Shown in pieces: positions 38,824-48,887 of a DNA stretch of 64,000 bases (position 1 is its first letter; every line of letters begins with the position of its first letter). The notes beneath the pieces are model-generated. The model made no database searches. It saw only the letters and a list, made by a program, of their open reading frames with translations, and was not told where the DNA came from. The position numbers and the translations under genes are program-made. Source of the stretch: Thermostichus sp. DRC_bins_24 (GTDB lineage: Bacteria > Cyanobacteriota > Cyanobacteriia > Thermostichales > Thermostichaceae); the NCBI GenBank assembly GCA_039794845.1, contig JAUQVK010000044.1, forward strand, positions 1 through 64,000. Reading direction: 5' to 3'.

Positions 38824-39327
38824 ATGTCCACCTCCACTGCCACTTGCTCACCCCACACGCCAAAAAGCGGCACCAAAAGCGAGCCTCTCAAACCCTCTGT
38901 GCTGGCTGCCCGTGAGCCCTTTTTGGGACTGTTGCGAGATTTGGCCCGGGCCTATCAAGCTTTTGAAAACTATTCTGGGGTGCATATTCGGCGGATGGGG
39001 CTTACCTCTCCCCAGTTCGATGTATTGGTTACCCTTGGCAACACCCCCGGTATGACCATGAACGTCTTGGCCAAAAAAACGTTGGTAACCAAAGGTACTC
39101 TAACGGGCATTGTGGATCGCCTGGAGCAAAAGGGCTTGGTACGCCGGGAAGTGCCCCCGGAAAACCGTCGCTGCTTCAAGATCGTGCTCACAGAAGCGGG
39201 CGAAAAACTGTTTGAGGACATTTTCCCCGCCCACATTGCCCACCTAAAAGAACGCTTCCAAAAGCTGTCTCCCTCTGAGATTGCTCAAATCCAGGCCGCT
39301 CTGCAACGGCTGCACGCTGTTTTTTGA
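38824..39327 (+). CDS. MarR family transcriptional regulator
   Basis: GLTSPQFDVL, KGTLTGIVDRLEQKGLVRR, ENRR. Confidence 0.9.
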   Translation: MSTSTATCSPHTPKSGTKSEPLKPSVLAAREPFLGLLRDLARAYQAFENYSGVHIRRMGLTSPQFDVLVTLGNTPGMTMNVLAKKTLVTKGTLTGIVDRLEQKGLVRREVPPENRRCFKIVLTEAGEKLFEDIFPAHIAHLKERFQKLSPSEIAQIQAALQRLHAVF

Positions 39328-39339
39328 AGGTTTCCCTTG

Positions 39340-40314
39340 CTAACTTTGCTCAAACACCTGCCCCAAGGCCGCAGGTGGGGTAGCCTTCACCGATTGCTGA
39401 ATCAGGCGGCGCAAACGGGGCGGGATCCCGCGCAGGCCATACTCCCACCATTCTCCTGAGGTGAGCACCAACACCAAGATCATCAGTACAAAGGGGGCAA
39501 CTGTAAAAACCTGGGTGGGCACGGCACGAATTGTGGTTTGAGCCACACTGGCGAAGGATTGCAAAATGCCGAACAAATAGGCCCCCAGGGCCGCTCGCAG
39601 GGGGTTCCAACCGCCGAAGATGACGATGGCCAGGGCAATCCAGCCATACCCGGCTGTATGTCGGTGACTCCAGCCGGCCTTGAAATCCAAAGAAAAAGCC
39701 GCTCCGGCAAGGCCCAGCAGGGATCCCCCCAGCAGGGTGTAAAAATATCGCCAGAATAGAACAGAAGTGCCTCGGGCAAAGGCTGCCGCCGGCTGTTCTC
39801 CTATGGCCCGCAACATTAAGCCGGGCCGAGTGCGATAAAAAAAGAACCAGGCCCCCACAATCAGGGCATAGCTGGCGTACACCAGCAGATCTCCCCGGAA
39901 AAAAAGTGGCCCCAACAGCGGTACATCTCTCAAAAACGGAACGGGCAGGCTTGGCACAGTGGGTCCCGGGATCCGCACAAACGGGTTCCCCAAGAAAGAA
40001 GACAAATCCGCCCCCAACAAGGCCAACACAAAGCCAATGGCAATTTGGGATCCCTTGAGACTAAGGGAGCCAAAGGCAACGATCAGCGCAAACAAAGCCC
40101 CTACCGCGGCGGCGGCCAAAAATCCCAATCCCAAACTCCCGGTTAACTTGGCCACCGCAAACCCTACCATGGCGGCCAGCATGATCGTCCCCTCCGCCGA
40201 GAGATTGATCACCCCCGCCCGCTCGGTAATGGTCTCCCCCACACTGGCAAAGACCAGCGGTGTGGCGGTGGTAACAGCGGTAGAGAGAATGGCGATCAGT
40301 TGAGCGGTGTTCAT
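39340..40314 (-). CDS. Nucleoside/sugar (CUT2, NupC-like) ABC permease
   Basis: GETITERAGVINL, LRAIGEQP, GWIALAIVIFGGW, PPAALG. Confidence 0.85.
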   Translation of the reverse strand: MNTAQLIAILSTAVTTATPLVFASVGETITERAGVINLSAEGTIMLAAMVGFAVAKLTGSLGLGFLAAAAVGALFALIVAFGSLSLKGSQIAIGFVLALLGADLSSFLGNPFVRIPGPTVPSLPVPFLRDVPLLGPLFFRGDLLVYASYALIVGAWFFFYRTRPGLMLRAIGEQPAAAFARGTSVLFWRYFYTLLGGSLLGLAGAAFSLDFKAGWSHRHTAGYGWIALAIVIFGGWNPLRAALGAYLFGILQSFASVAQTTIRAVPTQVFTVAPFVLMILVLVLTSGEWWEYGLRGIPPRLRRLIQQSVKATPPAALGQVFEQS

Positions 40315-40382
40315 GGTTTGCTCATTTCATCGGGTCATCACCGGATCATCACCGGTCATTGGGGCATCATCGGGTCATCGCC

Positions 40383-40658
40383 CTAGCCTAGCACCCAGAG
40401 CATCAGAGCCACCCCCAGGGTGACAGCGCCGAACAGAGCATAGCTTACCCGACGCAGCGGCTTCAGTTGCATGGCGTGCAGGGTTTTTAGCCAGCCCAAC
40501 CCCAACGAGTCCACAAAACGATCCAATACCGTTTGCATCGGGTAAGCGTAGACCGATTCGCTCTCCTTGAAGTTCACCAGCAAAATCAGCAGTGTGGCAT
40601 AACCCCAGAGACTGCCCCAGAGTACCGCACTCAACCCGATCAAGATTGGCTCGAGCAT
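40383..40658 (-). CDS. Small hypothetical membrane protein
   Basis: Two TM segments, co-oriented with the permease. Confidence 0.6.
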   Translation of the reverse strand: MLEPILIGLSAVLWGSLWGYATLLILLVNFKESESVYAYPMQTVLDRFVDSLGLGWLKTLHAMQLKPLRRVSYALFGAVTLGVALMLWVLG

Positions 40659-40918
40659 CTCTCTCCCCATGCCTCCTCAAGCCCAGTTGCAGCCGACCCG
40701 TCCGGAAATCGATTAGCTCTCATTGTCTAGCTCTTTTTCCGGTTTGAGCTAGGGTAGAGGTCATTGCCTATGATTGGATTGAGCAGTGAGAAGAGTAGAT
40801 AGAGCGCAGGCCCCTCTGAACCTGCGCTGCATCGCCGGGCAATGTTGGCGTAGCCTTCTGTGGGCATAGCGGTTCACGCTGGGCTCAGGGCTGTTGGATT
40901 TGTCTGCTGGGTCTGTCT

Positions 40919-41542
40919 ATGCCTAATGATCCGCTGGCTCAGGAAAAAGAGGCTCTTCTGCGCGCCTTAGAAATCACGAACCGTGGCCGTCAGGTATCGC
41001 CTGAGCGCCGGCCAGCTCTTCTGGCACAAATTGCCGCTCTCGAAGCCCGTAACCCTACCCCCAACCCGGTATCTGCCCCCGAACTGCTGGAGGGCAACTG
41101 GCTCACCCTATTCACCACCAGTGGGGATCTCCTGCGACTGGCCAACAGCCTACCCTTCGTAACGACGGGGGAAATCTATCAGTGCATTCGGGCCAAAACC
41201 GGCCAGGTGTTTAATGTGGCGGAGATACAGGGATCCGGTTGGCTGAGGGCTTGGGTGCCGCGGGGTATTTTCGCGGTGTCGGCACGGTTCAAACCCGCAT
41301 CGGAATGCCGCGTTGAGGTGAGGTTCGAGCGGTTTGTGCTTGGATCCCAGGCGGTAATGAACTACGAAATCAACAGTTTTCTCTATCTGCTGGAACATGC
41401 TCCCGAGCGGATCCCGGCTTTGAAGATCGACATTCGCCGCCGGGAACAAACCGGTTGGCTGGATATTACTTATCTGGATGAGGACTTACGGATTGGCCGG
41501 GGCAGCGAAGGCAGCCTCTTTGTTTTGCAAAAAGTGACCTGA
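40919..41542 (+). CDS. PAP/fibrillin family protein
   Basis: LEARNPTP...LLEGNWLTLFTT, GWLDITYLDEDLRIGRG. Confidence 0.9.
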   Translation: MPNDPLAQEKEALLRALEITNRGRQVSPERRPALLAQIAALEARNPTPNPVSAPELLEGNWLTLFTTSGDLLRLANSLPFVTTGEIYQCIRAKTGQVFNVAEIQGSGWLRAWVPRGIFAVSARFKPASECRVEVRFERFVLGSQAVMNYEINSFLYLLEHAPERIPALKIDIRRREQTGWLDITYLDEDLRIGRGSEGSLFVLQKVT

Positions 41543-41580
41543 GTTTACAGGGAAGGGATCCCCAGGGGGATCCCGACAGT

Positions 41581-41671
41581 TATAGTCATTGCAATTGAAG
41601 CTGAAACAGATCCCTCACCCCCGACCCCTCTCCCAGGACGGGAGAGGGGAGTCAAATTTGGAGTGACTGTA
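41581..41671. repeat. MITE-like element carrying a REP-like hairpin, between convergent genes
   Basis: Imperfect TIRs tatagtcattgcaatt / aatttggagtgactgta; internal ccctcaccccc-gacccctctccc..gggagagggg; related copies at 52917 and 53525. Confidence 0.7.
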
Positions 41672-41691
41672 TCACCGGCCGAGGCCAGAAG

Positions 41692-42360
41692 CTAGAAGCC
41701 CCGTTCAGCAGCCATGAGGTGCATGGCAGCGCGGGCAGTATGGCGGGCAGCACGGCTCCAGGTGTAGTCGCTGAAGCTATAGCTGCCGGGATTAGTACTG
41801 ACTTGGCTCAGGAGTTGCTCCGCTTGGTTCGCTAGGGTGGAGACTCTGCCGTTGCGGTTACCGTAGAAGGCCAGCTCAGCCTCTAGGCGGGTCAGATATT
41901 CCTGGGCGCGGAAGGGGGCCTCGAAGAAGGAGCGGCTGGGGCGGCGATCCACAAAGCCGGTTTGCCCCTCGTAGAGAGCATTGGCGGCCTTGAAGAGGTT
42001 ATCGGCAGCTTTGGCGGCCTCTCTGGCGGCAAAAAAGTCGCCCGCCTGGAAGGAAGCCCGTGCCTCGGCTAGGGTTTGCCGCCCCAGATCCGTTAGGGTG
42101 GCCGCTTCGGAGGAAGATAGCCGCTGCGCGAAAAACTCCGCTTGTAGCTGGGAGCGTTCGGCTTTGGCCAGATCTCGGCCGGCGCGATTCAGGGCTCGCT
42201 GATCCAACAGCATCCCTTGAGAAATCTGAGGCTGCTGGACTGCCGGGGAAGAACTCCGCCCCCGCTGGGCTGTAGCCGGAGAGACCAACAACAGCGGGGT
42301 AAGCAAAGCCAACAAGGGCAGGAGACGAGTATGGTTGCGGTTCAACGTGGGGTTCACCAT
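41692..42360 (-). CDS. Hypothetical exported helical protein
   Basis: Signal peptide ending SPATAQ; Ala-rich helices; downstream of the two-component genes. Confidence 0.7.
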   Translation of the reverse strand: MVNPTLNRNHTRLLPLLALLTPLLLVSPATAQRGRSSSPAVQQPQISQGMLLDQRALNRAGRDLAKAERSQLQAEFFAQRLSSSEAATLTDLGRQTLAEARASFQAGDFFAAREAAKAADNLFKAANALYEGQTGFVDRRPSRSFFEAPFRAQEYLTRLEAELAFYGNRNGRVSTLANQAEQLLSQVSTNPGSYSFSDYTWSRAARHTARAAMHLMAAERGF

Positions 42361-42460
42361 AGGAGGGCTCCTAAGACATGAGACAACATGAGTGGGAACA
42401 AGGCCGCTCGAACCGGATCGGAGATTTTGTAACCAAAGCCGGTGGCGGGATCCACTCCCA

Positions 42461-43777
42461 TCAGCCGGATGGTTCCACCGAAGTCTGAGCGGCACATTCC
42501 CAAGATGCAAGGGAAAGATGACGAGAATGTGACAGCGGCAATTGCAAGGTGAATTGGGATCCCTTGCCCACTTGGCTGCTGATTTGCAGGGATCCTCCGT
42601 GGGCCGTGGCAATCTGCTTCACCAGGGCCAATCCCAGCCCGAACCCCCCCGTATGCCGTGCCCGTGCCTCATCCACCCGGTAAAACCGCTCCCCCAAGTG
42701 GGGCAGATGCTCCGCAGGAATGCCAATGCCCGTATCAGCAACCCCAATTTCTAGCCAGCGATTCCGGGGGGTCAAACTAAGGCAAACGGATCCCCCGGCC
42801 GGGGTGTACTGCAGGGCATTTCTGAGGAGATTGTCGATGGCTTGGCGCAGCAGATGGCGCTCTCCGCGCACCCGCCAGGTTCCGGTCGGAATCTCGCACA
42901 CCCATGTCAGCCCTTGCGCTTGGGCCTGGGGCTGGTAGAACTGACTCAACTCCTGAAATAACTGGGGCAGATCGACCTCCGGCAATTGGTGCACATCCAA
43001 AGATCCCTCATGGCGGGCCAAGGTGAGCAGAGTTTCCACCAGCAAACTCATGCGGCGGGTAGTGTTCACGACCTTTTCCAGACGGTGCTGAGCTTGCTCG
43101 GGAGATAAAATCCCCACTTGAGCATTGCTCATTAGGGCCGCCAAGGGAGCCCGCAATTCGTGGGAAGCATCGGCAGTGAACCGTTGTAACTGGAGGTAGG
43201 AGCGGCGAATCGGCTGCATGGCCAGGCCCCCCAGGATCCAGCCTGCCCCCGCAATCAAAGCCAAGGTTCCCGGCACCCCCAGCACCAACATCCAGCGCAA
43301 GCGGGCCAAACTCACCTGCAACGGGGCTAGGGGCACCGCCATCTGCAAATAGCCGATTAACTGTTCCTCCTGTTGCACCGGGATGGTGAGCTGGCGCAGG
43401 GATCCCAAGGTTTTGAACCCCGGCGAGTCGGATAAGACCCTTTCCGGTCGGGATCCCACGTACTGCCGCAGGGATCCGTCGGCCTCAAACCAACGCACAT
43501 AAGCCAGATCATTGCTGATCGGCTGGCTTTTGCCCCCCAAAAAGGGAACCTCATGCAGCACCACCCGCCGCTGGCCTTGGCGCAATTCCACCTTCACCGC
43601 CGACACCATCACCGCGGCTTTCGCCTGCAAATCCTCATCGAAGGCCCGCAACTGATTGTGGGACTCCCAGGTGTAAAGGGAGCTGGCAAACACCACCAAA
43701 ATCCCGCCCATGACTGCGGTAAAACTACCCGCCAACTGGCGACGACTGCGGTTAAACAGTTGGGAGGGAGTTTCCAT
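42461..43777 (-). CDS. Sensor histidine kinase (RppB-like)
   Basis: Two TM helices, FTADASHELRAP H-box, NLLRNA, DTGIGI, FYRVD, GLGL. Confidence 0.95.
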   Translation of the reverse strand: METPSQLFNRSRRQLAGSFTAVMGGILVVFASSLYTWESHNQLRAFDEDLQAKAAVMVSAVKVELRQGQRRVVLHEVPFLGGKSQPISNDLAYVRWFEADGSLRQYVGSRPERVLSDSPGFKTLGSLRQLTIPVQQEEQLIGYLQMAVPLAPLQVSLARLRWMLVLGVPGTLALIAGAGWILGGLAMQPIRRSYLQLQRFTADASHELRAPLAALMSNAQVGILSPEQAQHRLEKVVNTTRRMSLLVETLLTLARHEGSLDVHQLPEVDLPQLFQELSQFYQPQAQAQGLTWVCEIPTGTWRVRGERHLLRQAIDNLLRNALQYTPAGGSVCLSLTPRNRWLEIGVADTGIGIPAEHLPHLGERFYRVDEARARHTGGFGLGLALVKQIATAHGGSLQISSQVGKGSQFTLQLPLSHSRHLSLASWECAAQTSVEPSG

Positions 43778-43836
43778 ACTTATGACTCACACATCACCGA
43801 CAGTTCCTGCATTAACCTGCAACGAGCTACAACTTC

Positions 43837-44520
43837 TCAGGTATCTCCGGGTGGGATCCTCAGGCGATAGCCCTGACCGTAGACCGACTCAATCCACTCC
43901 TGGGCCTCCACCTCCTTTAACCGTAACCGCAGCCGCCGCACAAGCGCCGTGACCGCATTGCTCTCCGGCTCGGATCCCCACTCCCACAGCGATTGCTCGA
44001 TCTGCCCGCGACCCATCACCTGGTCTGGGTGACGCATCAGATATTCCATCAATTGAAATTCTTTGCCCGAAAGCTGCACTTCTCGTCCTTGCCGCTCCAC
44101 CCGTAAGCTGGTCAGATGCAGCTGCAGGGATCCCAGGGCCAGTGTATCCCCCCGCCACTGGGGCGAACGGCGCCCCAAGGCCCGCACTCGTGCCAACAGT
44201 TCCACCACATCGACGGGCTTAACCAAATAATCATCCGCCCCTGCATCCAAGCCCTGCACCACGTCCTGGGTGGTATCTTTGGCGGTTAGCATCAGCACCG
44301 GCGCGGCCCCCTGCTTTTGCCGATACTGGCGACACAACTGCACCCCACTCTGCAAGGGCACCATCCAGTCCAAAATCAACAGGTCATAGCTTTTTTCCTC
44401 CAGCAACCAGGCGGCGGTCTCCCCTTCTCGAACCGGATCCACCACATGTCCGGATCCCTGCAGCGCTGCCTGCAGAGGCTCTAGCTGTTCGGGATCATCC
44501 TCCAGTAACAAAATGCGCAC
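43837..44520 (-). CDS. OmpR-family response regulator (RppA-like)
   Basis: LLEDD, ILDWMVP, LTAKD, GADDYLVKP, winged helix. Confidence 0.95.
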   Translation of the reverse strand: MRILLLEDDPEQLEPLQAALQGSGHVVDPVREGETAAWLLEEKSYDLLILDWMVPLQSGVQLCRQYRQKQGAAPVLMLTAKDTTQDVVQGLDAGADDYLVKPVDVVELLARVRALGRRSPQWRGDTLALGSLQLHLTSLRVERQGREVQLSGKEFQLMEYLMRHPDQVMGRGQIEQSLWEWGSEPESNAVTALVRRLRLRLKEVEAQEWIESVYGQGYRLRIPPGDT

Positions 44521-44589
44521 GCCACAGCTCCACGCTACTTAGGCTAGGATCGGCACAGTTGACAGCCTTTTGCAAGGAAAGATTCCGCC

Positions 44590-44988
44590 GTGTTGCCGAG
44601 GAGCACGCGCCACCTACACCATCTTCTGCACCGGCTGGGCTCAGAGTTTTGGTTGCCCTTGCCTCTGGTGGGGCTTTTGTTTGGAGTGGGGGGACAGTGG
44701 GTTACGGAACAGGCCCTTAGCCAACCGCGACCTCTGGAGCAGCCCCTGACCATTACCAGTCAGCAGCAGGCCACCTTGGTTTTGGATATCTTGGCCATCG
44801 AAGCTGAGATCCGGGTGAATCGGGGCTACACCAAAGTGGATGTCACCACGTCCAGCCCTGTCTTGCGGAAATTGGAGTATGAGTTTACGGAGCTCGATCC
44901 CGACCAAGTGACGTTCAACTTAGCCCAACAGCTTGGTTTGACAACCCAGCAGGTAGAGCGCCTCACCCGCTATCGCTTCAGCGACTAA
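44590..44988 (+). CDS. Hypothetical membrane-anchored protein
   Basis: LGSEFWLPLPL TM; divergent from the response regulator. Confidence 0.65.
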   Translation: MLPRSTRHLHHLLHRLGSEFWLPLPLVGLLFGVGGQWVTEQALSQPRPLEQPLTITSQQQATLVLDILAIEAEIRVNRGYTKVDVTTSSPVLRKLEYEFTELDPDQVTFNLAQQLGLTTQQVERLTRYRFSD

Positions 44989-44992
44989 GGAT

Positions 44993-46018
44993 TCAAACTC
45001 CAGCCCGCCGCTGTTCGGTTTCTCCATGAGCCTTCAACAGAGCCGCCAGCTTGCGCCGCATGATGATGCCCGGCTTATCGGAGGCCATGTGTTGCTCGGC
45101 TTGGATGTCGAGGGGGGTGTCGTAGTCGGTGGTCTCTAGCACTACCCGGTCTTCTTCGGTCACCTGGCGGTCGTAGGCGATGATGTCGGCGGCTTTGGCC
45201 TGTTCTTCCGTGTCGTTGCGATAGACGAACTGAACCAACTGGATGTGGCTGTCATCGATAGGGGTAGCGGCTGAGAAGATCAGGTGATGCAGACCGTTGG
45301 GATAGTGAATCTTAAGCGTACGGGCAAAGGGCATATACCAACGGCGCACATTGGTGCGGATGGTTTTTTCCGCGTCGATATTCAGATTCTTTTTCTGCAT
45401 CTCCGGGTTGAGCACCTCCATCCAGTGGCGTACCAGCAGGCCATCCTCCAGCTCCCTCACCTCATCGAGGGGCGGCGGCACCGGGTTGGACTGATCCCCA
45501 TGGGTGATGCCAAGGCCATGCACAAAGTGGGGGTGGGCGCTGTCGAAGGAGTTTTCCATAAAGCGCAAGCTGCTACAGGCCCACGGCTCGTAAAACTCGT
45601 GGATGTACCGATAACCGGGATCCGCCGCTTCAGGAATCTCGGGAATGGGCAGCAAGGGATCCGCCAGAGCCACCCAAGCATAACCATAGCGCTCTTGGCA
45701 CTGAAACCCAGAAACCCTGTAAGTGCGAGGGATGAAGTCTTCCGTGAGCTGGGGCACCTTCACACAGGCGCCGGAACCGTCAAATTCCCAGCCGTGGTAA
45801 GGACAGCGAATGTGGCCATTGCAGACGATCCCCTTGGAAAGCTGGGCCGAACGATGACAACAGCGATCCTCTACAGCGGCTGGCTTGCCTGCTTGATCCA
45901 GCCACAACACCAACGGTTGCCCGAGCAAGGTAAACGATTGCGGCCCCTCTTGCAGGAGGGATATGGGCATCACCGGATACCAGAAGCGCTTGAGGACGGG
46001 CTGTCGGGTGACCAGCAT
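44993..46018 (-). CDS. Rieske non-heme iron oxygenase alpha subunit
   Basis: DRCCHR...CPYHGW Rieske motif; ENSFDSAHPHFVH mononuclear Fe site; ED motif. Confidence 0.92.
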   Translation of the reverse strand: MLVTRQPVLKRFWYPVMPISLLQEGPQSFTLLGQPLVLWLDQAGKPAAVEDRCCHRSAQLSKGIVCNGHIRCPYHGWEFDGSGACVKVPQLTEDFIPRTYRVSGFQCQERYGYAWVALADPLLPIPEIPEAADPGYRYIHEFYEPWACSSLRFMENSFDSAHPHFVHGLGITHGDQSNPVPPPLDEVRELEDGLLVRHWMEVLNPEMQKKNLNIDAEKTIRTNVRRWYMPFARTLKIHYPNGLHHLIFSAATPIDDSHIQLVQFVYRNDTEEQAKAADIIAYDRQVTEEDRVVLETTDYDTPLDIQAEQHMASDKPGIIMRRKLAALLKAHGETEQRRAGV

Positions 46019-46212
46019 GGCGTTGTTCTCCTTTGACCTATCCGACCTATCCAATCAATGTGAAACGGGTAATACTCTAAATAGGTAATTCTAAATAGGT
46101 AATACTCTAAATATCTAAATATATGTACTTTAGTGATTCAGTCCTAAAACACCCTGCATAGGGTTTTTAGGCATTCATCTCCTCAAAGGCAAGCCCCGAA
46201 GGCATGGCAGCC

Positions 46213-46254
46213 ATAGTAAAGAGGAGCAGTCCACCATTCCGTATTCCTAGTAAC
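46213..46254 (-). promoter_or_regulatory. Putative NtcA class II promoter of the Rieske gene
   Basis: GTT-actaggaa-TAC (46254-46241, one mismatch), exactly 22 nt, then -10 TACTAT (46218-46213). Confidence 0.65.
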
Positions 46255-46272
46255 AATGGCTGGCCTAGCCGG

Positions 46273-47304
46273 TCAGAGAAGGGTAGAGGCGTAGCTGGCG
46301 GCCCCCATCAACCCCACCTGCGCATTCACCACCACCTGCACGGATAGCTGCTCTAACAGGGGCCGCATCCGCCCTTTATCCAAAAAAGAGGGCAAAAACT
46401 CCCCCTGATGCAGCAGGCGCAAGAGTTTGGGGGCAATGCCTCCGGCGATGAATAGCCCCCCCCGAGGCAACAACTGCAGGGCAAAATTTCCCGCCGTGGC
46501 ACCATACAGGCTGATGAACAGCCGCAAGCACTCCACCGCCAAGGGATCCCGTGCCTCCATGGCTGCGTTGGCGATTTGAGCTGCCGGATCAAGATGTTCA
46601 GCGCCCTTTTCCCAGGCTTCAATCTGGGCGAGCAACTGCTCCTCTCCCCGGCCCCAGTGGCTGTCTCGCAAAAACTGATAAATGGCAACAATCCCCTGTC
46701 CGGAGACCACCCGCTCGGTGGAAATGCGCCCGTGCCGTTTTTGCAAATACTTCAACAGCTCCCATTCCAGGGGGGTACGGGGGGAAAAATCCACGTGTCC
46801 TCCTTCGCTGGGGTGAACCTGGTAGCAGTCTTCTCCCCAGGTGAGGTAGGCCTGACCCAAGCCTGTGCCTGCCCCAATCACTCCAATCGGAGCCTTGGGC
46901 TGCCGTTCGCCCGCTTGCAATGTATCCAGATCGTCGTCTTTCAGGGTGAGCACGCCGTACCCCACTGCGCTGAAGTCGTTGATCAAGGATACATGGGGGA
47001 TCCCCAATTCTGTCGCCAACTGGCTCGATTGCAGACTCCAGGGCAGGTTCGTCACTTTGGCGGTTTGTGAATCATTTTGCTCCAGCACCGGGCCGGCAAT
47101 GGCAAAGCAGGCGGCAACAGGCCGGGGATCCCAACCCAACTCCTGCTGAGCTTGTGCCAGAAACGCCTGCACGATCGGGACAAGGCTGGGGTAATGCTGG
47201 CTGGAATACTGACAACGCCACAGGCTATGCTCTGGGGTTCTGGCATCGGCAAGGCTAAGTCTGGTCTTGGTGCCGCCGATGTCTCCTGCCAGTAGCAAGC
47301 TCAT
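46273..47304 (-). CDS. glk: Glucokinase
   Basis: GDIGGTKT, TNLPW, LINDF, GAGTGLG, SEGGH, GGIAPK. Confidence 0.95.
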   Translation of the reverse strand: MSLLLAGDIGGTKTRLSLADARTPEHSLWRCQYSSQHYPSLVPIVQAFLAQAQQELGWDPRPVAACFAIAGPVLEQNDSQTAKVTNLPWSLQSSQLATELGIPHVSLINDFSAVGYGVLTLKDDDLDTLQAGERQPKAPIGVIGAGTGLGQAYLTWGEDCYQVHPSEGGHVDFSPRTPLEWELLKYLQKRHGRISTERVVSGQGIVAIYQFLRDSHWGRGEEQLLAQIEAWEKGAEHLDPAAQIANAAMEARDPLAVECLRLFISLYGATAGNFALQLLPRGGLFIAGGIAPKLLRLLHQGEFLPSFLDKGRMRPLLEQLSVQVVVNAQVGLMGAASYASTLL

Positions 47305-47523
47305 CCTGTTTCCTCCTGCCAGTGCCTACGCTCCCACCCTGACATCCCTGAGGAGAGAATGCCAATCTCAGCTCAAGGGTGTGCAGGAATCCGCAGCCGA
47401 ATCTGTTCCTTGTCTGGGATCCCTAGAAATCCAGATTTGCCATCAATTTGCCATCAAACAGAGGACGGGCAAGGGCAGAGAAGATGCTATGTTAACTGAT
47501 GTAAAGCTTTTTAATATTGCATT

Positions 47524-48243
47524 TTGTCTTCTACCCCTTTTTTGCCGCCCCAGGGCCTGGGTGAGCTGGATTCTCGTCCCTTTACTTTTGCAAGACGCCT
47601 CAAGCCCACCCATACCATCGGGTTATCAGCCGCGGGGCTGGTGTGCCTGCCGGTTTTTTTGCAGGCGCCTCTTGTGCGCTATGCCCCTTGGGTGAGCTTG
47701 GTGATGTCTTTGGGCTGGCTGGGCCTCAGCTTGCACCTCTACTCGCAGTCGCGTACCCGCATCTGGGGGGATTTGCTTTACGGCTTTACCCTGACTTGGC
47801 TGGCGGGATCCCTGTACTGGGGCTGGCTGCGCCTTGAGCCCCTTTGGCACATGCCCGTAGAAGCCTTGGGGATCCCGATGGTGTGGTGGGGGGCACGGCA
47901 ACGGTTTGCTCGCATCGGCACCTGGTTTTATCTGGGATCCCTGTGGGGCACAGCCATTACGGATCTTTACATTCACTCGGTTGGGTTGCTGCCGGAGTGG
48001 CGACAGGCGATGCAGTTCGACCGGTTGGATCAGGCGGTTATCCCTTTCATGGCGGCGCTGGATAAAATGGCTACCCTCTGGGGACTGGCTTGGGGACTGG
48101 GCTTGGGTTGTTTGCTCCTGGGTGTGGGGCTGTGGATGATTCAAGGATCCCGTCGCTTGCACCACTGGGCGTTCGCGGGGGCGGTGCTGAATACTTTACT
48201 GGTGGATGGGCTATTCGTCTGGGGGGCCGCTTGGCTAAGGTGA
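47524..48243 (+). CDS. DUF3120 membrane protein
   Basis: PVFLQAPLVR, WLAGSLYWGWLR, GTAITD. Confidence 0.8.
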   Translation: MSSTPFLPPQGLGELDSRPFTFARRLKPTHTIGLSAAGLVCLPVFLQAPLVRYAPWVSLVMSLGWLGLSLHLYSQSRTRIWGDLLYGFTLTWLAGSLYWGWLRLEPLWHMPVEALGIPMVWWGARQRFARIGTWFYLGSLWGTAITDLYIHSVGLLPEWRQAMQFDRLDQAVIPFMAALDKMATLWGLAWGLGLGCLLLGVGLWMIQGSRRLHHWAFAGAVLNTLLVDGLFVWGAAWLR

Positions 48244-48374
48244 GCTTAACCATCGATCCCTAGGCAAACTCCTCTTCAACTGAGACCTGTTCCCAATCTC
48301 CGGCTCTTTCGGAAAGGGGGTAGGGCAGGGGCCTTCCGCACTTTGAGATCCTTGCCCCTTCAGCCAGGGCAGCA

Positions 48375-48880
48375 GGAGCCTCGCACTCTATTACGTAGCA
48401 ATGAGCGTCGGGAGAAATGCGCCGCCGGCAGCGGGATGAAATCACATAAACCAACTCCTGACCATCTCTTGCAAGCTCAAGGTGTCCGAATCACAGACCG
48501 CAAAACCAATCCGACTCCGGAGGCGTTTGGGCAGGCATTGAACTGGGTTAACCAGAACACATCCGAGAAGATAGTCAATGCCCTCAAGCTGCAATCCCTT
48601 TGCTACCACGAGATTCGCGCTCACTTTGGCCTGTCGAGCAACTTGGCCCAACAGGTTTGCAGGCGAGTCGCCGGTCCTCCGAAGGTGGCCAAACAAAAGC
48701 ATTGCCCGGTCAAAGCGGTCAAGGCGGGCTTTGTTACCTACATCGATTGGGCTGTCGGTAATACAGCCTGGAGGCTCCTGGTTATCTTGGGGGTTGAACG
48801 AGGTAGCCGGAGGGCTACTGAAGGGCTTTTGGAAAACCCGCGCCGTGCTGCGTAAGCCGTCAGCATCGGGAAGACGTTAC
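48375..48880 (+). mobile_element. tnpB: Internally deleted IS200/IS605 tnpB element retaining both ends
   Basis: QLLTISCKLKVSESQ / AFGQALNW..KLQSLCYHEIRAHFGLSSNLAQQVCRRVA joined directly to C-terminal GLSVIQPGGSWL; related subterminal motifs at ~48381-48410 and ~48838-48870; left boundary approximate. Confidence 0.7.
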
Positions 48881-48887
48881 GTTAAGG

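Noticed and set aside
40322..40380. Degenerate tcatc(g/a)-type tandem repeats
   Set aside because: Simple intergenic repeat expansion with no evidence of function.
42376..42392. OmpR-type direct repeat acatgag x2 before the exported protein gene
   Set aside because: Short, very close to the start codon, and no promoter could be placed relative to it.
46068..46121. CRISPR array
   Set aside because: The 14-16-bp units are contiguous with no spacers, and no cas genes are present. No CRISPR array was seen anywhere in the window.
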